Below are positions 27,501 to 39,881 of a stretch of 64,000 nt of DNA, piece after piece. Within the stretch, counting starts at the first letter, position 1. Each line of letters starts with the position of its first letter. Made by a program: the position numbers and the translations under genes. The notes beneath the pieces are model-generated. The model was not told where the DNA came from. It was given only the letters and a program-made list of their open reading frames with translations, and ran no database searches. Source of the DNA: Vulcanimicrobiota bacterium (GTDB lineage: Bacteria > Vulcanimicrobiota > Xenobia > Xenobiales > JADMJV01); assembly GCA_050250895.1 (NCBI GenBank), contig JBFWNU010000009.1:166488-230487 (forward strand), written 5' to 3'.

Positions 27501-28295
27501 GTGGATCCCAAGATCTATAACGAGAACTACTTTCGCACCATGCGCGGCGAGAGCCAATATTATGAGGGCAAGGCCGAGATCAACCCCCTCTACCAAAAGG
27601 CTCTGCGGGTCATCGGGCGCCACTTTCGCCAGGGCACCGTGCTCGAGTTCGGCTGCGGCCGCGGCGAGATGCTCAAGTTCTGCCTCGACGAGGGGGCCGA
27701 GAAAGTGGTCGGAGTCGACTTTTCGCCGGTAGCTATCGAGCTTTCGGCCCAGCTACTGGCCGGATACGACCAACAGCGCTACGAGCTAAAAGAACAAGAC
27801 GCCGCCAAGTTCGCCTACGACCAGCCGGTCCGCCTGGTGCTGATGATGGATTTCGTCGAGCATGTCCCCGACAGCACCCTCGACCATGTCTTCTCGGTCT
27901 GCGCCCAGTGCCTCGAGCCCGACGGCCAGATCCTGGTCCACACCTTTCCCACCCGAGGGCCCAACAACATCTATCACTGGCTGGTGCGAAAAGGCGTGGT
28001 GGGCGGTTCGCTCGACCTGCAGTATCACGTCAACGTCCAGAGTCGAGCCAGTCTGCGGGCCACCCTCGAGCGGGCCGGTCTGGTCGTCGAGAAGATGTGG
28101 CTCGAAACCGGTTATCTCACCGAATCCAACGTCCTCTATAACCTCAACAAGAAGTATCCCTGGCTGGGCCAGCTGGTGGGCGTGGCCGAACGCTTTCTCA
28201 ATCTCGGCCCGGTCCGCGCGCTGGTGCGGGCCCTGGGCCTGGAAGAATACATCTACATGTCGATCTGGTCTTTGGTGCGCACGCCCAGGTCCTGA
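27501..28295 (+). CDS. class I SAM-dependent methyltransferase
   Basis: VLEFGCGRG, GVDFS, DFVEHV. Confidence 0.85.
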   Translation: MDPKIYNENYFRTMRGESQYYEGKAEINPLYQKALRVIGRHFRQGTVLEFGCGRGEMLKFCLDEGAEKVVGVDFSPVAIELSAQLLAGYDQQRYELKEQDAAKFAYDQPVRLVLMMDFVEHVPDSTLDHVFSVCAQCLEPDGQILVHTFPTRGPNNIYHWLVRKGVVGGSLDLQYHVNVQSRASLRATLERAGLVVEKMWLETGYLTESNVLYNLNKKYPWLGQLVGVAERFLNLGPVRALVRALGLEEYIYMSIWSLVRTPRS

Positions 28296-30460
28296 GAAAG
28301 CTGCTGGAAGTCCATTCCGATTTTCGAAATGCTGTGGTGGCGCTTGCCGGTGCGACCCAGCGGAATCTCCTCCACATACTCCACCTGGATGTCGGTGGTG
28401 CGCCCCAGATACTCGCGGATCAGGTCGACGATCTCCTCGAAAGCCGAGTCGCTATAACGCGGCCCCCGCACCACCAGAAAGCGCACTGCTCCGGCTTTCT
28501 CTTGCAAGATCTGGAAATGGCGCACCACGTGGTGATAGTCCTTGATGAGGTGGGCAAAGAACGTGCCCGGCACATAGGTGCCGTTGGCCCCCACGATGAT
28601 GGCCTGAACGCGCCCTTCGATATCGCCGATGCGCGGTAGCCCGCGCCCACAGCTGCAGACCTCGTCGGGGTCCACGGCTACGGCCAGATCGCCCACCCGA
28701 TACCGGATAAACGGCATGCAGTAGTTGTTGAGGTCGGTGATGACCACCTCGCCCATCTCGCCAGGAGCGGCCGGCTTGCCGCCCTTGAGGATCTCGACGA
28801 TATAGCTCTCGGCCACCACGTGGTGTCCCTGGTGGGCCTGGCACTCGTAGGCGATGCCCGAAAACTCGCGGCTGCCGTATTTGTCGAAGACCTGGCAGCC
28901 AAATTGCTCTTCGATAATGCGCCGGCTGGCGGCCGGCAGCGACTGGGCTGACGAGATGATGGCCCTGGGGCGAAAAGGCGGAATACCGTGCTCGCGCACA
29001 TAGTGAGCCAGAAAGTTGAACGACTCGGCGTAACCGTCGATGAGCACCGGATTGTAGGCGGCCAATTCGCGGATGAACTTCTCGAGCCGCTCGTCGGTTA
29101 GCTCGAAAGCCGGAATGAAGAGCCGCCGGCTCAGTCGCGCCGCCAGCTTCTCCTTGAAAGCCTGGCTCTGGCTCATGCCGATGGTCTGGTGCCACAGCCG
29201 CGCCTGGCGGTCGCCGAAACGATAGCCCGTCCACTCGGCGCTACGCTGGGTCGAGGCCCAGCGCATCTCCAGTTGAGCCGTGTCGACATAGCAGATGAAA
29301 GGCTCGCCGGTGGAGCCGCTGGTGGTGATCTGGTGAATATCGGCCTTGTTGTGGTTGTCAGACAACAAATCGAAGTAGAGATGCTCGCGCACGTCGTCCT
29401 TGCCCAGCAACGGCAGCTTCTGCAGGTCTTCAATCGTGCGGACGTCGCGCGGGCGCAAGCCCAGCCGGTCGAAGGTCTCGCGATAATAGCCCACGTGGCG
29501 ATAGGCGTGGTCGACCAGCTTTTGCAGCCGCAACTCCTGCAGCTCGCGCACCTGCGCGGGAGCCAGCCATTGGGTCTTCTTGAGCTCGTGGTAATAATCG
29601 GCCGCCCGCCTGGTGATGTTCCAGTGGTGCAGCGGTAAGGTCGAAACGTAGAAATTGAAGGCCTGGCGGCGCCACCCGGGCAACGTCTCTTCTTTCTCTT
29701 GCACCGGATGTTTGGCCAAAAAATCGCCCAGCACCCGGGTGCGGATACCCACCAGGCGGTATTCCACAAAGGCTTTGCCCAGGTCGACCAGCACTCCGCT
29801 GATGACTTTGAAGGGAAATTTAGCGATAAACGACTCGCCCACCAACCGGCTGTTGAACAGCGTCTCGACCTCGCGAATCGAATAGCCACGAGCGTTGGCC
29901 GCCACCGTGATCAGGGACTGAAAATAGGCGTAGTCGTAGCGGTGGCTCAGGATGTCGGCGAACACCTCGCGCCGGCACAGGATAAATCCCGACTTGTTGT
30001 CGCGCAGGTGCATCTTGAACAGCGAGTTGAGCAAGACATTGAGACCGATACTCAGAGTGTAGCGGTTGTCCTTCGAGCGCCCGATCGAGCTGCGCACCCC
30101 CTGCACCAGATCGGCCCCGCTATTTTGCAATTCGCGATAGAGCCGGCCCACGTCTTCGGGCAGATACTGCAAGTCGGCGTCGATGATGCAGACATAGTCG
30201 CCTTTCGAGGCCGCCAAACCCGAGCGCCAACCCGCCTCGATGCCCTGGTTGACGGCGTGGTGCACCCCCACAACCCGCTCATGCTGGTCGCTCAGTCGCT
30301 CGATCTCGGCCCCCGTGCCGTCCGAACTGCCGTCGTTGACCAGGACCACCTGGCCCGAAATCTCGCGCTTGTCAAAGACCGCTAGCAGACGGTCGACCAG
30401 TTCGGCCAGGTTTCCCTCCTCGTTGTAACAGGGGGCTATCACAGACAGGGTCGGTTTCAA
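28253..30460 (-). CDS. GT2 glycosyltransferase fused to a phenylacetate-CoA-ligase/CapK-like adenylate-forming domain
   Basis: N-terminal SVIAPCYNEE, NDGSSDG, IDADLQ; C-terminal TTSGSTGEP, YGSRE, PFIRYRVGD, IEGR, TGK; TTG start overlaps the upstream stop. Confidence 0.88.
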   Translation of the reverse strand: MKPTLSVIAPCYNEEGNLAELVDRLLAVFDKREISGQVVLVNDGSSDGTGAEIERLSDQHERVVGVHHAVNQGIEAGWRSGLAASKGDYVCIIDADLQYLPEDVGRLYRELQNSGADLVQGVRSSIGRSKDNRYTLSIGLNVLLNSLFKMHLRDNKSGFILCRREVFADILSHRYDYAYFQSLITVAANARGYSIREVETLFNSRLVGESFIAKFPFKVISGVLVDLGKAFVEYRLVGIRTRVLGDFLAKHPVQEKEETLPGWRRQAFNFYVSTLPLHHWNITRRAADYYHELKKTQWLAPAQVRELQELRLQKLVDHAYRHVGYYRETFDRLGLRPRDVRTIEDLQKLPLLGKDDVREHLYFDLLSDNHNKADIHQITTSGSTGEPFICYVDTAQLEMRWASTQRSAEWTGYRFGDRQARLWHQTIGMSQSQAFKEKLAARLSRRLFIPAFELTDERLEKFIRELAAYNPVLIDGYAESFNFLAHYVREHGIPPFRPRAIISSAQSLPAASRRIIEEQFGCQVFDKYGSREFSGIAYECQAHQGHHVVAESYIVEILKGGKPAAPGEMGEVVITDLNNYCMPFIRYRVGDLAVAVDPDEVCSCGRGLPRIGDIEGRVQAIIVGANGTYVPGTFFAHLIKDYHHVVRHFQILQEKAGAVRFLVVRGPRYSDSAFEEIVDLIREYLGRTTDIQVEYVEEIPLGRTGKRHHSISKIGMDFQQLSQDLGVRTKDQIDM

Positions 30461-31374
30461 GCTTGCTCCTTCATCCAGGCAAAGGTCCGGGCCAGCCCCT
30501 CTTCGAGGCTCACGGCCGGCTTCCACCCCAGTTGGCAAATTCGAGTATTGTCAGCCACCCGCGAGGTGCCAGCAGTGCCGTCGGCCGGCCCGAACACGGG
30601 CGCGAGGTCACTTCCCGCGGTTTTTAGCATGGCCTCGGTCAACTGGTTGACCGACAATCCCCGCCCGCTGCCCACATGCAAGACCTCCCCCGACTCGGGT
30701 CGTTGGCCGGCCAGCAAAGTCGCCTCGACCAGGTCGCCCACATAGGTGTAGTCGAGGCTCTGCTCGCCGTCGCCGAGCACCAGCGGCGGCTCTCCCCCCA
30801 GCAGGCGGGCAAAGTTTTTGTAAATGACCGACGGGTACCCCAGACCATAGAACTGCCCCGGCCCATAGGTAAAGAAATAGCGCAGGGCCGTGGTCGAGGC
30901 TCCGCCCTCTTTGTGATACCAATCCAACAAATGCTCGCCGGCCAGCTTCGAGATGCCGTAGACAGTGGTCGGCCTGGGCCGGTCGTCTTCGCGCAGGGGA
31001 GGCTGATGGCGCCCTCCATGGGCATAGAGCGACGAGGCGAAGACCAGCTTGCGCGCCCTGCCCTTCAGAGCCGCCTCGAGGAGCCGCTGGGTTCCCTGCA
31101 CATTCACTTCCAGGGTGCGGTCGGGCCGGTCCAGGGCCTGGTGGTGCTTGACGGCAGCCAGGTGGAAGATGACCTCGGCCTCGGCCAACTGCCTGGTCGC
31201 CGTCCAGAAGTCACCCCGGACCAGCTCGACGCTCACACTCTCGGCCCGGCCCGTGGAGAGATCGTCGACCACCACCACCTCGGCCCCCAGCTCGACCAGC
31301 CGCGCCACCAGGTGCTGACCGATGAAGCCGCAGCCTCCGGTCACGAGGGTCCTCACCCCCCGCCAGTCGCTCAA
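30457..31374 (-). CDS. NAD-dependent epimerase/dehydratase
   Basis: VTGGCGFIG, FHLAA, ASS, YGISK. Confidence 0.92.
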   Translation of the reverse strand: MSDWRGVRTLVTGGCGFIGQHLVARLVELGAEVVVVDDLSTGRAESVSVELVRGDFWTATRQLAEAEVIFHLAAVKHHQALDRPDRTLEVNVQGTQRLLEAALKGRARKLVFASSLYAHGGRHQPPLREDDRPRPTTVYGISKLAGEHLLDWYHKEGGASTTALRYFFTYGPGQFYGLGYPSVIYKNFARLLGGEPPLVLGDGEQSLDYTYVGDLVEATLLAGQRPESGEVLHVGSGRGLSVNQLTEAMLKTAGSDLAPVFGPADGTAGTSRVADNTRICQLGWKPAVSLEEGLARTFAWMKEQA

Positions 31375-32078
31375 GCGGCTCCTTTGCTACACGTCAACAA
31401 GAAGTGGAGAGGAAGGAAGAAGACCGGCAGGTTGTAGCCGCGCACCTCGATGGCTCCCAACTCCTGGGCCCATCCGCCCAAAATCTTGTTGTCGAGTTGG
31501 TGCAAGTGCCACTCATGCCCATCGTGACTGGGCTGGTGTCCGTCGGGTCCCGACTGCTCGAGCAGCCTTCCCAGCCCGAACTTTCTCACCAGGCTCTTGA
31601 GAAAGTGGATGAGCCCGTCGTTGGGCACGGTCAAAATCAGGGTCCCGCCGGGTTTTAGCACCCGTAGACACTCGGCCACCGCCGTACGCGGCTCGAGGGT
31701 GTGCTCGAGCACCTCGGTGCAAAAGACGGCGTCAAAGCGGCCATCCTCGTAGGGCAGCGCCTCGGCGCTACCCTGGCGAATCTCGGCCCGCTCGCCCAAC
31801 CGCTGGCGAGCCATTTCGACCAGGTGCTCGGAAAGGTCGATGCCGTAGACCTTCTGCCGGGGCACGGTAGCCAACACATAACCCGGCCCGCAGCCCACTT
31901 CGAGCACGCTGCCCTCGGCCGGCAAAGCCGCCACCACCCGTCGAATCCGCTGCCCTTGCAGCCAGCGAATGGGAAACCACGAGTTGGAATGATACTCGTC
32001 AAACCAATCGTAGCGACGAGCCATCTGCTCGTTCCAATCGGCATGCGAAAGACCCCCCAGGCGCTCGGTCGGCTGCAT
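31371..32078 (-). CDS. class I SAM-dependent methyltransferase
   Basis: VLEVGCGPG, GIDLS, EVLEH, RVLKPGG. Confidence 0.9.
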   Translation of the reverse strand: MQPTERLGGLSHADWNEQMARRYDWFDEYHSNSWFPIRWLQGQRIRRVVAALPAEGSVLEVGCGPGYVLATVPRQKVYGIDLSEHLVEMARQRLGERAEIRQGSAEALPYEDGRFDAVFCTEVLEHTLEPRTAVAECLRVLKPGGTLILTVPNDGLIHFLKSLVRKFGLGRLLEQSGPDGHQPSHDGHEWHLHQLDNKILGGWAQELGAIEVRGYNLPVFFLPLHFLLTCSKGAA

Positions 32079-32149
32079 CCGGCGCCTTTCGCGCTCAGGC
32101 CACCGGCCGCCTGCGGCGGCCTCGCTGTCGGGGTGCGCTGTCGAGCTTA

Positions 32150-32460
32150 CAGTGGGCGCTTGAGAAGTAAAACCGCGGAGATAAGGAGGGCGCGGAGGGG
32201 GTCGCGCAGGGCGTGGGGTGAGCGTCCTCGCGGATTTTATGGGTTGGGGCGTGGGACTCGTGAGGGTCCAGCCTGATTGTGGTCAGCCGAACTGGCTGTG
32301 GATTCGGCAGTACGTGCCGAGGTGGGCGCTCGAAAATCAACCGCGGAGATAAGGAGGGCACGGAGAGGGTCGCGCAGGCGTGGGGTGAGCGTCCTCGCGA
32401 ATTTATGGGTAGGCGTGGGAGACTCGTGGGGGTCCAGCGAGATTGGCCAGCCGAACTGGG
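32150..32460. repeat. duplicated ~120-nt element beginning AACCGCGGAG (related to family A)
   Basis: AACCGCGGAGATAAGGAGGGC.CGGAG.GGGTCGCGCAGG..GTGGGGTGAGCGTCCTCGCG at ~32171 and ~32339. Confidence 0.85.
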
Positions 32461-32673
32461 CCGGGTGGGGTTGCCGAGTCGGGGCCGGTTGGCCCTGCTC
32501 GGCTGGCCGAGGCCCAGCGGCGCGGCGGGTTGGGTCATTCGGCAGCGTGGTACGCCGAATTCGGCAGTGTGTGCTGCCGAATCTCCGGCCTGGGCGAGGC
32601 CGGGCCGGCAGCCCGGACTTCCGCGCGGAAGTTGGCCCAGTTCGGCCGGCCGAGGCTCGTCGGCGCTCCGAGA

Positions 32674-33345
32674 ACGCCAGCCCTGGCGGCGCAGCCGCCT
32701 AGGGATTACGACGCGAAGCGTCGAGTGCCTCAAAAACTCGAAGCGAGCCAAAGCGAGCTTCGCCCCTCCCTCGCCGACAAAGTCGGCGCTCCCATCTCCC
32801 GGGCGAAGCCACGGGCTCCCCTCTCCGGCCGCAGGCCGGCTCCTTGGCGAGCCAAAGCGAGATAGCGCTCCGAGCACGCCAGCCCTGGCGGCGCAGCCGC
32901 CTAGGGATTACGACGCGAAGCGTCGAGTGCCTCAAAAACTCGAAGCGAGCCAAAGCGAGCTTCGCCCCTCCCTCGCCGACAAAGTCGGCGCTCCCATCTC
33001 CCGGGCGAAGCCACGGGCTCCCCTCTCCGGCCGCAGGCCGGCTCCTTGGCGAGCCAAAGCGAGATAGCGCTCCGAGCACGCCAGCCCTGGCGGCGCAGCC
33101 GCCTAAGGATTACGACGCGAAGCGTCGAGTGCCTCAAAAACTCGAAGCGAGCCAAAGCGAGCTTCGCTCCTTCCTCGCCGACAAAGTCGGCGCTCCCATC
33201 TCCCGGGCGAAGCCACGGGCTCCCCTCTCCGGCCGCAGGCCGGCTCCTTGGCGAGCCTAAGCGAGATAGCGCTCCCATCTCCCGGGCGAAGCCACGGGCT
33301 CCCCTCTCCGGCCGCAGGCCGGCTCCTTGGCGAGCCAAAGCGAGC
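32674..33345. repeat. 202-bp tandem hairpin repeat (3 copies plus partial), family B
   Basis: Units start at 32674, 32876 and 33078; each contains GGCGGCGCAGCCGCC, CGACGCGAAGCGTCGAG and CTCAAAAACTCG. Confidence 0.93.
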
Positions 33346-33353
33346 GCGCCCCC

Positions 33354-33381
33354 TTGCGCTCTTCGTGAGAATCGGTATAAT
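33354..33381 (+). promoter_or_regulatory. sigma70-type promoter of rpmA-obgE
   Basis: TTGCGC-N16-TATAAT; GGAGG RBS downstream. Confidence 0.7.
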
Positions 33382-33415
33382 GGGAAGTCGAATCTTTAAA
33401 CCGTGGAGGTTTCCA

Positions 33416-33697
33416 ATGTTCTGGATGGACCTGACCCGCTTTGCCCACAAAAAGGGCATGGGTTCCACCAAAAACGGCCGTGATAGTAACGCCAAGCGAC
33501 TCGGTGTGAAGCGATACGGCGGTCAGGCTGTGCGCGCCGGCAACATTCTCGTTCGCCAGCGCGGCAACAAGTTCTACGCCGGAGACAACGTGATGGCTGG
33601 TCGTGACTTCACGCTCTTCGCCACCGTTGACGGTGTGGTGAAGTTCGAGACGCGCGCTGCCAAGCAGGTTGTCTCGGTCGTTCCTTCGGAAAACTAA
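33416..33697 (+). CDS. rpmA: 50S ribosomal protein L27 with N-terminal extension
   Basis: [32 protein letters not shown]...GNILVRQRG; GGAGG RBS. Confidence 0.97.
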   Translation: MFWMDLTRFAHKKGMGSTKNGRDSNAKRLGVKRYGGQAVRAGNILVRQRGNKFYAGDNVMAGRDFTLFATVDGVVKFETRAAKQVVSVVPSEN

Positions 33698-33716
33698 GGA
33701 GCCCCCACCCGGTTGA

Positions 33717-35890
<2,174 letters not shown>

Positions 35891-37001
35891 CGCAGGCAAT
35901 GTCGGAAGGCGGTAACGCCAGTCATAGTCGACCTGGATAATGGCGTGCCAGCATGAAACGGTAAAGATGAATGCCAGGAGCATCCAGATCACCAGCGTCT
36001 GGCGTTGGCCAAGTCTCGACCCGGCCCACAATCTAACCAGTAGACACAGTACCCCCGCGTAGCACGGCAAGAAGAGGAACAAGTTTATGAGATTGTGCGA
36101 TAGACTGAAGCCCCTATAGACCGGGGCCCAAAACCAGAGCCATCGATCGAGCGTAATCTTTACCACGTCAAGTTTCGAAGCAGGCGGGGGGTGAGCCAAC
36201 TCAGGTCGGTCCCAGACGACTTCACCTAGATTGTAGTGGGCGGCCTGATGTTCGAGCTGACTCCTGAGGCTTATGGGTCTCGAAGAGACATCGCGCATCC
36301 AGTGGGCGTTCAATACGATCAAGAAGCATGCGGACAGAAGGCTGAGAGTCACAACCAGAGCGGGTCGAAAATGCGGTGGGAACTTGTCGCGCCGCTGAAA
36401 CAGGACGGCAAAGAGCGCCGTCGGCAACAACAGAAATCCCGTCGGTCGATAAAAAAACGCGATCAGGATGACGGCGCCTAGCTGAACCAGTCGAGCCCGT
36501 GTGCCTCCTTCGAGCACCACCAGCGAGGCTAACCAGAGACAAACTGTCGCCAAAGCGAGAAAAGTCGGGTCCGATAAGACATAGCGGCACCATTGAAAAA
36601 TATCGAAGCCCCCTAAAAACAGACAGAATGAAAAGAGAGTGGCCCTGGACGAGCCCGTCAGGCTCCAAACAAGACGGCACGCCAATCCGGTGACGAGACC
36701 AAACGCCAAGACATTCAACCCCACCAGGAAGGGTGCCCAATGGTCTGGCAAAGTCGTCTTGAGGAGGCCAAATAGCGTGATGACCCCCAGATATAACGCC
36801 GGTGGCGCGGTGGAGGTCGCCTCTCTCAAAAACGCAGGGTAGTTCCAGCCCTTAGAAATTAGCGAGTCAGCCCAAGCGGCAATAGTACGGCTGTCTGGCG
36901 ACAAATACACCCCCCTGCCCGCGCAGTAGAGCGATACGCTGCCTATCACCAACCCTAGGCAAACCCACTCGAGCTGTGGCCAACGAGTCTTCAAAACATG
37001 C

Positions 37002-37673
37002 CTACCGCTTTCTAAGCGAGCGGTTGGTGGCCGCTTCCGCCGCCATCTGCTTTTTGCTAGCAGCCCAGCTGCAGATGGGGCACTGGCTCAAATCGTGGTA
37101 AAGGGCGGGGCAGTATTCCCGGCCGAAGTAGATGATCTGCAAGTGCAGCTTGTTCCAGGTCTCCCGTGGGAACAGCTTTTTGAGGTCGGCCTCGGTGCGG
37201 GTGACGTTTTTGCCGTCCGACAGGCGCCAGCGGTGGGCCAGCCGGTGAATGTGGGTGTCGACTGGAAAGGCCGGCTGGTTGAAAGCCTGGCACATCACCA
37301 CCGAAGCCGTCTTGTGGCCCACTCCCGGCAAGGCCTCGAGTTCTTCCATGGTCTGGGGCACCTGGCCGTCGTGGCGCTCGAGCAAGAGCTGCGAGAGGGC
37401 CGCGATGTTCTTGGCCTTTTGAGGAGCCAGACCCAGCTGCCGGATGTGGTGGCGGATGACATCCACACCGAGGGCGGCCATTGCCTTCGGGTGGTTGGCG
37501 GCGGCGAAGAGTGCGGGAGTGACCTCGTTGACCTTTTTGTCGGTGGTCTGGGCTGACAACAAGACCGCGATCAGCAGAGTGAACGGGTCAGAATGGTCGA
37601 GTGGGATCGGAACCTCAGGATAGAGGTCCTCGAGAATTTCGTGGATTTTGGCGGCCCGCTCGGCCCGGGTCAT
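37002..37673 (-). CDS. nth: endonuclease III
   Basis: LLIAVLLSAQTTD, LPGVGHKTA (HhH), PVDTH; ATG at 37673 overlaps the ispH stop. Confidence 0.95.
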   Translation of the reverse strand: MTRAERAAKIHEILEDLYPEVPIPLDHSDPFTLLIAVLLSAQTTDKKVNEVTPALFAAANHPKAMAALGVDVIRHHIRQLGLAPQKAKNIAALSQLLLERHDGQVPQTMEELEALPGVGHKTASVVMCQAFNQPAFPVDTHIHRLAHRWRLSDGKNVTRTEADLKKLFPRETWNKLHLQIIYFGREYCPALYHDLSQCPICSWAASKKQMAAEAATNRSLRKR

Positions 37674-38608
37674 TTGGCGCGAGTGACTCCGGCCAGTTCG
37701 CGGGGCAGGGTGAACTGCACGTCTTCTTCCACCACGTCGAGATCGGCGAATTCGACCTCGAAGTGCTGCTCGAGCCAGCGCACCACATCTTGCACCAGCA
37801 CCTCGGGAGCCGAGGCTCCGGCGGTGATGCCCAGGTGCTCGACCCCTTCGAGCAACTGCACGTCGAGTTCGTCGCGGTCGTTGATCAGGCGCGAACGGCA
37901 ACCTTTGCCGATGGCCACCTCGACCAGACGGTTCGAGTTCGAAGAAGTGGGCGAGCCCAGTACCAGAATCATGTCACACTTGCGGGCCATCTCCTTGACC
38001 GCCGCCTGGCGGTTGGTGGTGGCGTAGCAAATGTCGTCTTTGGGCGGGCTCTCGATGTGCGGAAAGCGTACCCGCAGAGCATCGATCACGGCCTGAGTGT
38101 CGTCGATGGAGAGGGTGGTCTGGGTCAGATAAACCACCTTTTCGGGAAAGGGTAGCTGGACGTTCTCGACATCGGCCGGAGACTCGACCAGCACCATGGC
38201 CTCGGGAGCCTCGCCCATGGTGCCCTCGACCTCGACATGATTACGGTGGCCGATAAGCACGATGGAATAGCCCTTCTTGGCGTAGCGAATGGCCTCGAGA
38301 TGCACTTTGGTGACCAGCGGACAGGTGGCGTCGATGACCTTGAGGTTGCGCTCGGTGGCGGCCTGGCGCACCGCCGGCGAAACGCCGTGGGCACTGAAGA
38401 TGGTCACCGAACCGTCAGGAATCTCGCTGACATCGTCGAGAAAGACCGCCCCCTTTTCGCGCAACTCGCTGACAACGTGATCGTTGTGCACGATTTCATG
38501 GCGAACGTAGACGGGAGGCCCGTAGATATCGAGGGCGATTTCGACCACGTCGATGGCCCGGTCGACGCCGGCGCAGAAACCGCGTGGTTTAGCGAGATAG
38601 ACTTTCAT
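37670..38608 (-). CDS. ispH: 4-hydroxy-3-methylbut-2-enyl diphosphate reductase
   Basis: PRGFCAGVDRA, HEIVHN, SAHG, DATCPLV, QTTLS, ICYAT, SSNS, TAGASAPE. Confidence 0.98.
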   Translation of the reverse strand: MKVYLAKPRGFCAGVDRAIDVVEIALDIYGPPVYVRHEIVHNDHVVSELREKGAVFLDDVSEIPDGSVTIFSAHGVSPAVRQAATERNLKVIDATCPLVTKVHLEAIRYAKKGYSIVLIGHRNHVEVEGTMGEAPEAMVLVESPADVENVQLPFPEKVVYLTQTTLSIDDTQAVIDALRVRFPHIESPPKDDICYATTNRQAAVKEMARKCDMILVLGSPTSSNSNRLVEVAIGKGCRSRLINDRDELDVQLLEGVEHLGITAGASAPEVLVQDVVRWLEQHFEVEFADLDVVEEDVQFTLPRELAGVTRAK

Positions 38609-38690
38609 ATGGCCTCCAATGCCCGGCCGGTTCGACGTTGTCTGTCCTACCCCTGCAGGTCAAACCCCTCACCACGGGAATTAGGCAAGC

Positions 38691-39452
38691 ATGCGACGCA
38701 GCCTTCTTTTTCTCTTGTTGCTCAGCTGTCTGGCCGGGGCCGAGACGAGCTATCGCTTCGACACGCCACCGATCATGGTCAACCAGAAGATCACCCTGGC
38801 TCAGGTCGGCGAAAAGGGCCGCGTCCACATCCAGTATGACGTGCGCCGCATCGGCGCCGCGGGCCTGAAGGTCTATCTCTATCGTCACGACGACGACCCC
38901 AAAGGCGAGCCGCTGAAAACCTGGCACTTCACGCATCCCGAGGGCCGCGAGCGGATCTCGCTCAACGACCTGCCCGTCTCGGTCTATTTCGTGTGGGGCC
39001 AGGCAGTTGACGAAGCTGGCGAACCGGTGGCCACCCCGACCCGGATGACCACCGTCGAGTATGGCGGCTGGCGGGCCTGGGAAGAGTTTCAGCAACCGGA
39101 GAGCGCCAACGACCAGGCTCCCGCTTTCACCGAGATGCCGGTCAAGACCAACATCCAGGGCCGCGATGTGCAGGTCATCGTCAGCCCCGCCGCCGTCTTG
39201 CTCAACCCCAAAGAGAAGGTCGAATTCCGCGTATTCTTCCAGGGCCTGCCCGAGACCGACAAGGTCGAGTGGAAGCTCGAGGGCCCCGGCAACCTGACCA
39301 AGACCGAGGGCAACACCATCATCTACGAGGCTCCCGACCTGGTGGGCAGCAAAATGTTCCGCCTGCGCGCCATCAGCGAACGTCACCCCGAAATCGAAGG
39401 CGGAGCCTCGATCCTGGTCACCACCCAGTCCAAAGACGAATTCATGCGCTGA
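38691..39452 (+). CDS. exported hypothetical protein (beta-rich, Ig-like)
   Basis: Signal-peptide-like N-terminus; codon usage typical of the window. Confidence 0.7.
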   Translation: MRRSLLFLLLLSCLAGAETSYRFDTPPIMVNQKITLAQVGEKGRVHIQYDVRRIGAAGLKVYLYRHDDDPKGEPLKTWHFTHPEGRERISLNDLPVSVYFVWGQAVDEAGEPVATPTRMTTVEYGGWRAWEEFQQPESANDQAPAFTEMPVKTNIQGRDVQVIVSPAAVLLNPKEKVEFRVFFQGLPETDKVEWKLEGPGNLTKTEGNTIIYEAPDLVGSKMFRLRAISERHPEIEGGASILVTTQSKDEFMR

Positions 39453-39469
39453 CCCCGGTCTGCGCCCGG

Positions 39470-39830
39470 CAGGGAGCCGCTTCGCGGAGATGTCGATGCA
39501 GCGCGTCGACAGGGAGCCGCTGCGCGAAGATCTCGACGCTGCGCGTCGACAGGGAGCGCCGACTTCGTCGTCGGGAAAGGAGCCGGGCGCTTCGCGCGGA
39601 GAGTCGGCCTGCGGCCGATAGGTGGATCTCGTCAGGCAGGCTTCCCGAAACCACACCCGTATCTGTGGGTCGTCCTGCCCATCCCCGGGCCTTCGGATGG
39701 CCTCTCCCTCCGCTCACCCTCTCCCGAACTGAGCGACAACTCAGTTCGCTCCCATCCCGGCCGAAGGCCGCTCCTTCTCCCGGCCCAAAGGGCCGCTCCT
39801 TTCCCGCGAGCGTAGCGAGCGCTCCCCTCT
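39470..39830. repeat. degenerate family B repeat cluster
   Basis: TCGACGCTGCGCGTCGACAGGGAGCGCCGAC and ATCCCGGCCGAAGGCCGCTCCTT match the 13163-13484 block. Confidence 0.8.
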
Positions 39831-39881
39831 CTTTCATGGATTTTTCACCCGAGCCTGGTAGCTTCAGGCTAAGGGACCAGC

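Noticed and set aside
32095-33495. Long ORFs across the repeat arrays (also 21949-22725, 23563-24535 and 13155-13691)
   Set aside because: Translations simply mirror the DNA repeats in several frames and on both strands; there is no RBS or protein-like composition.
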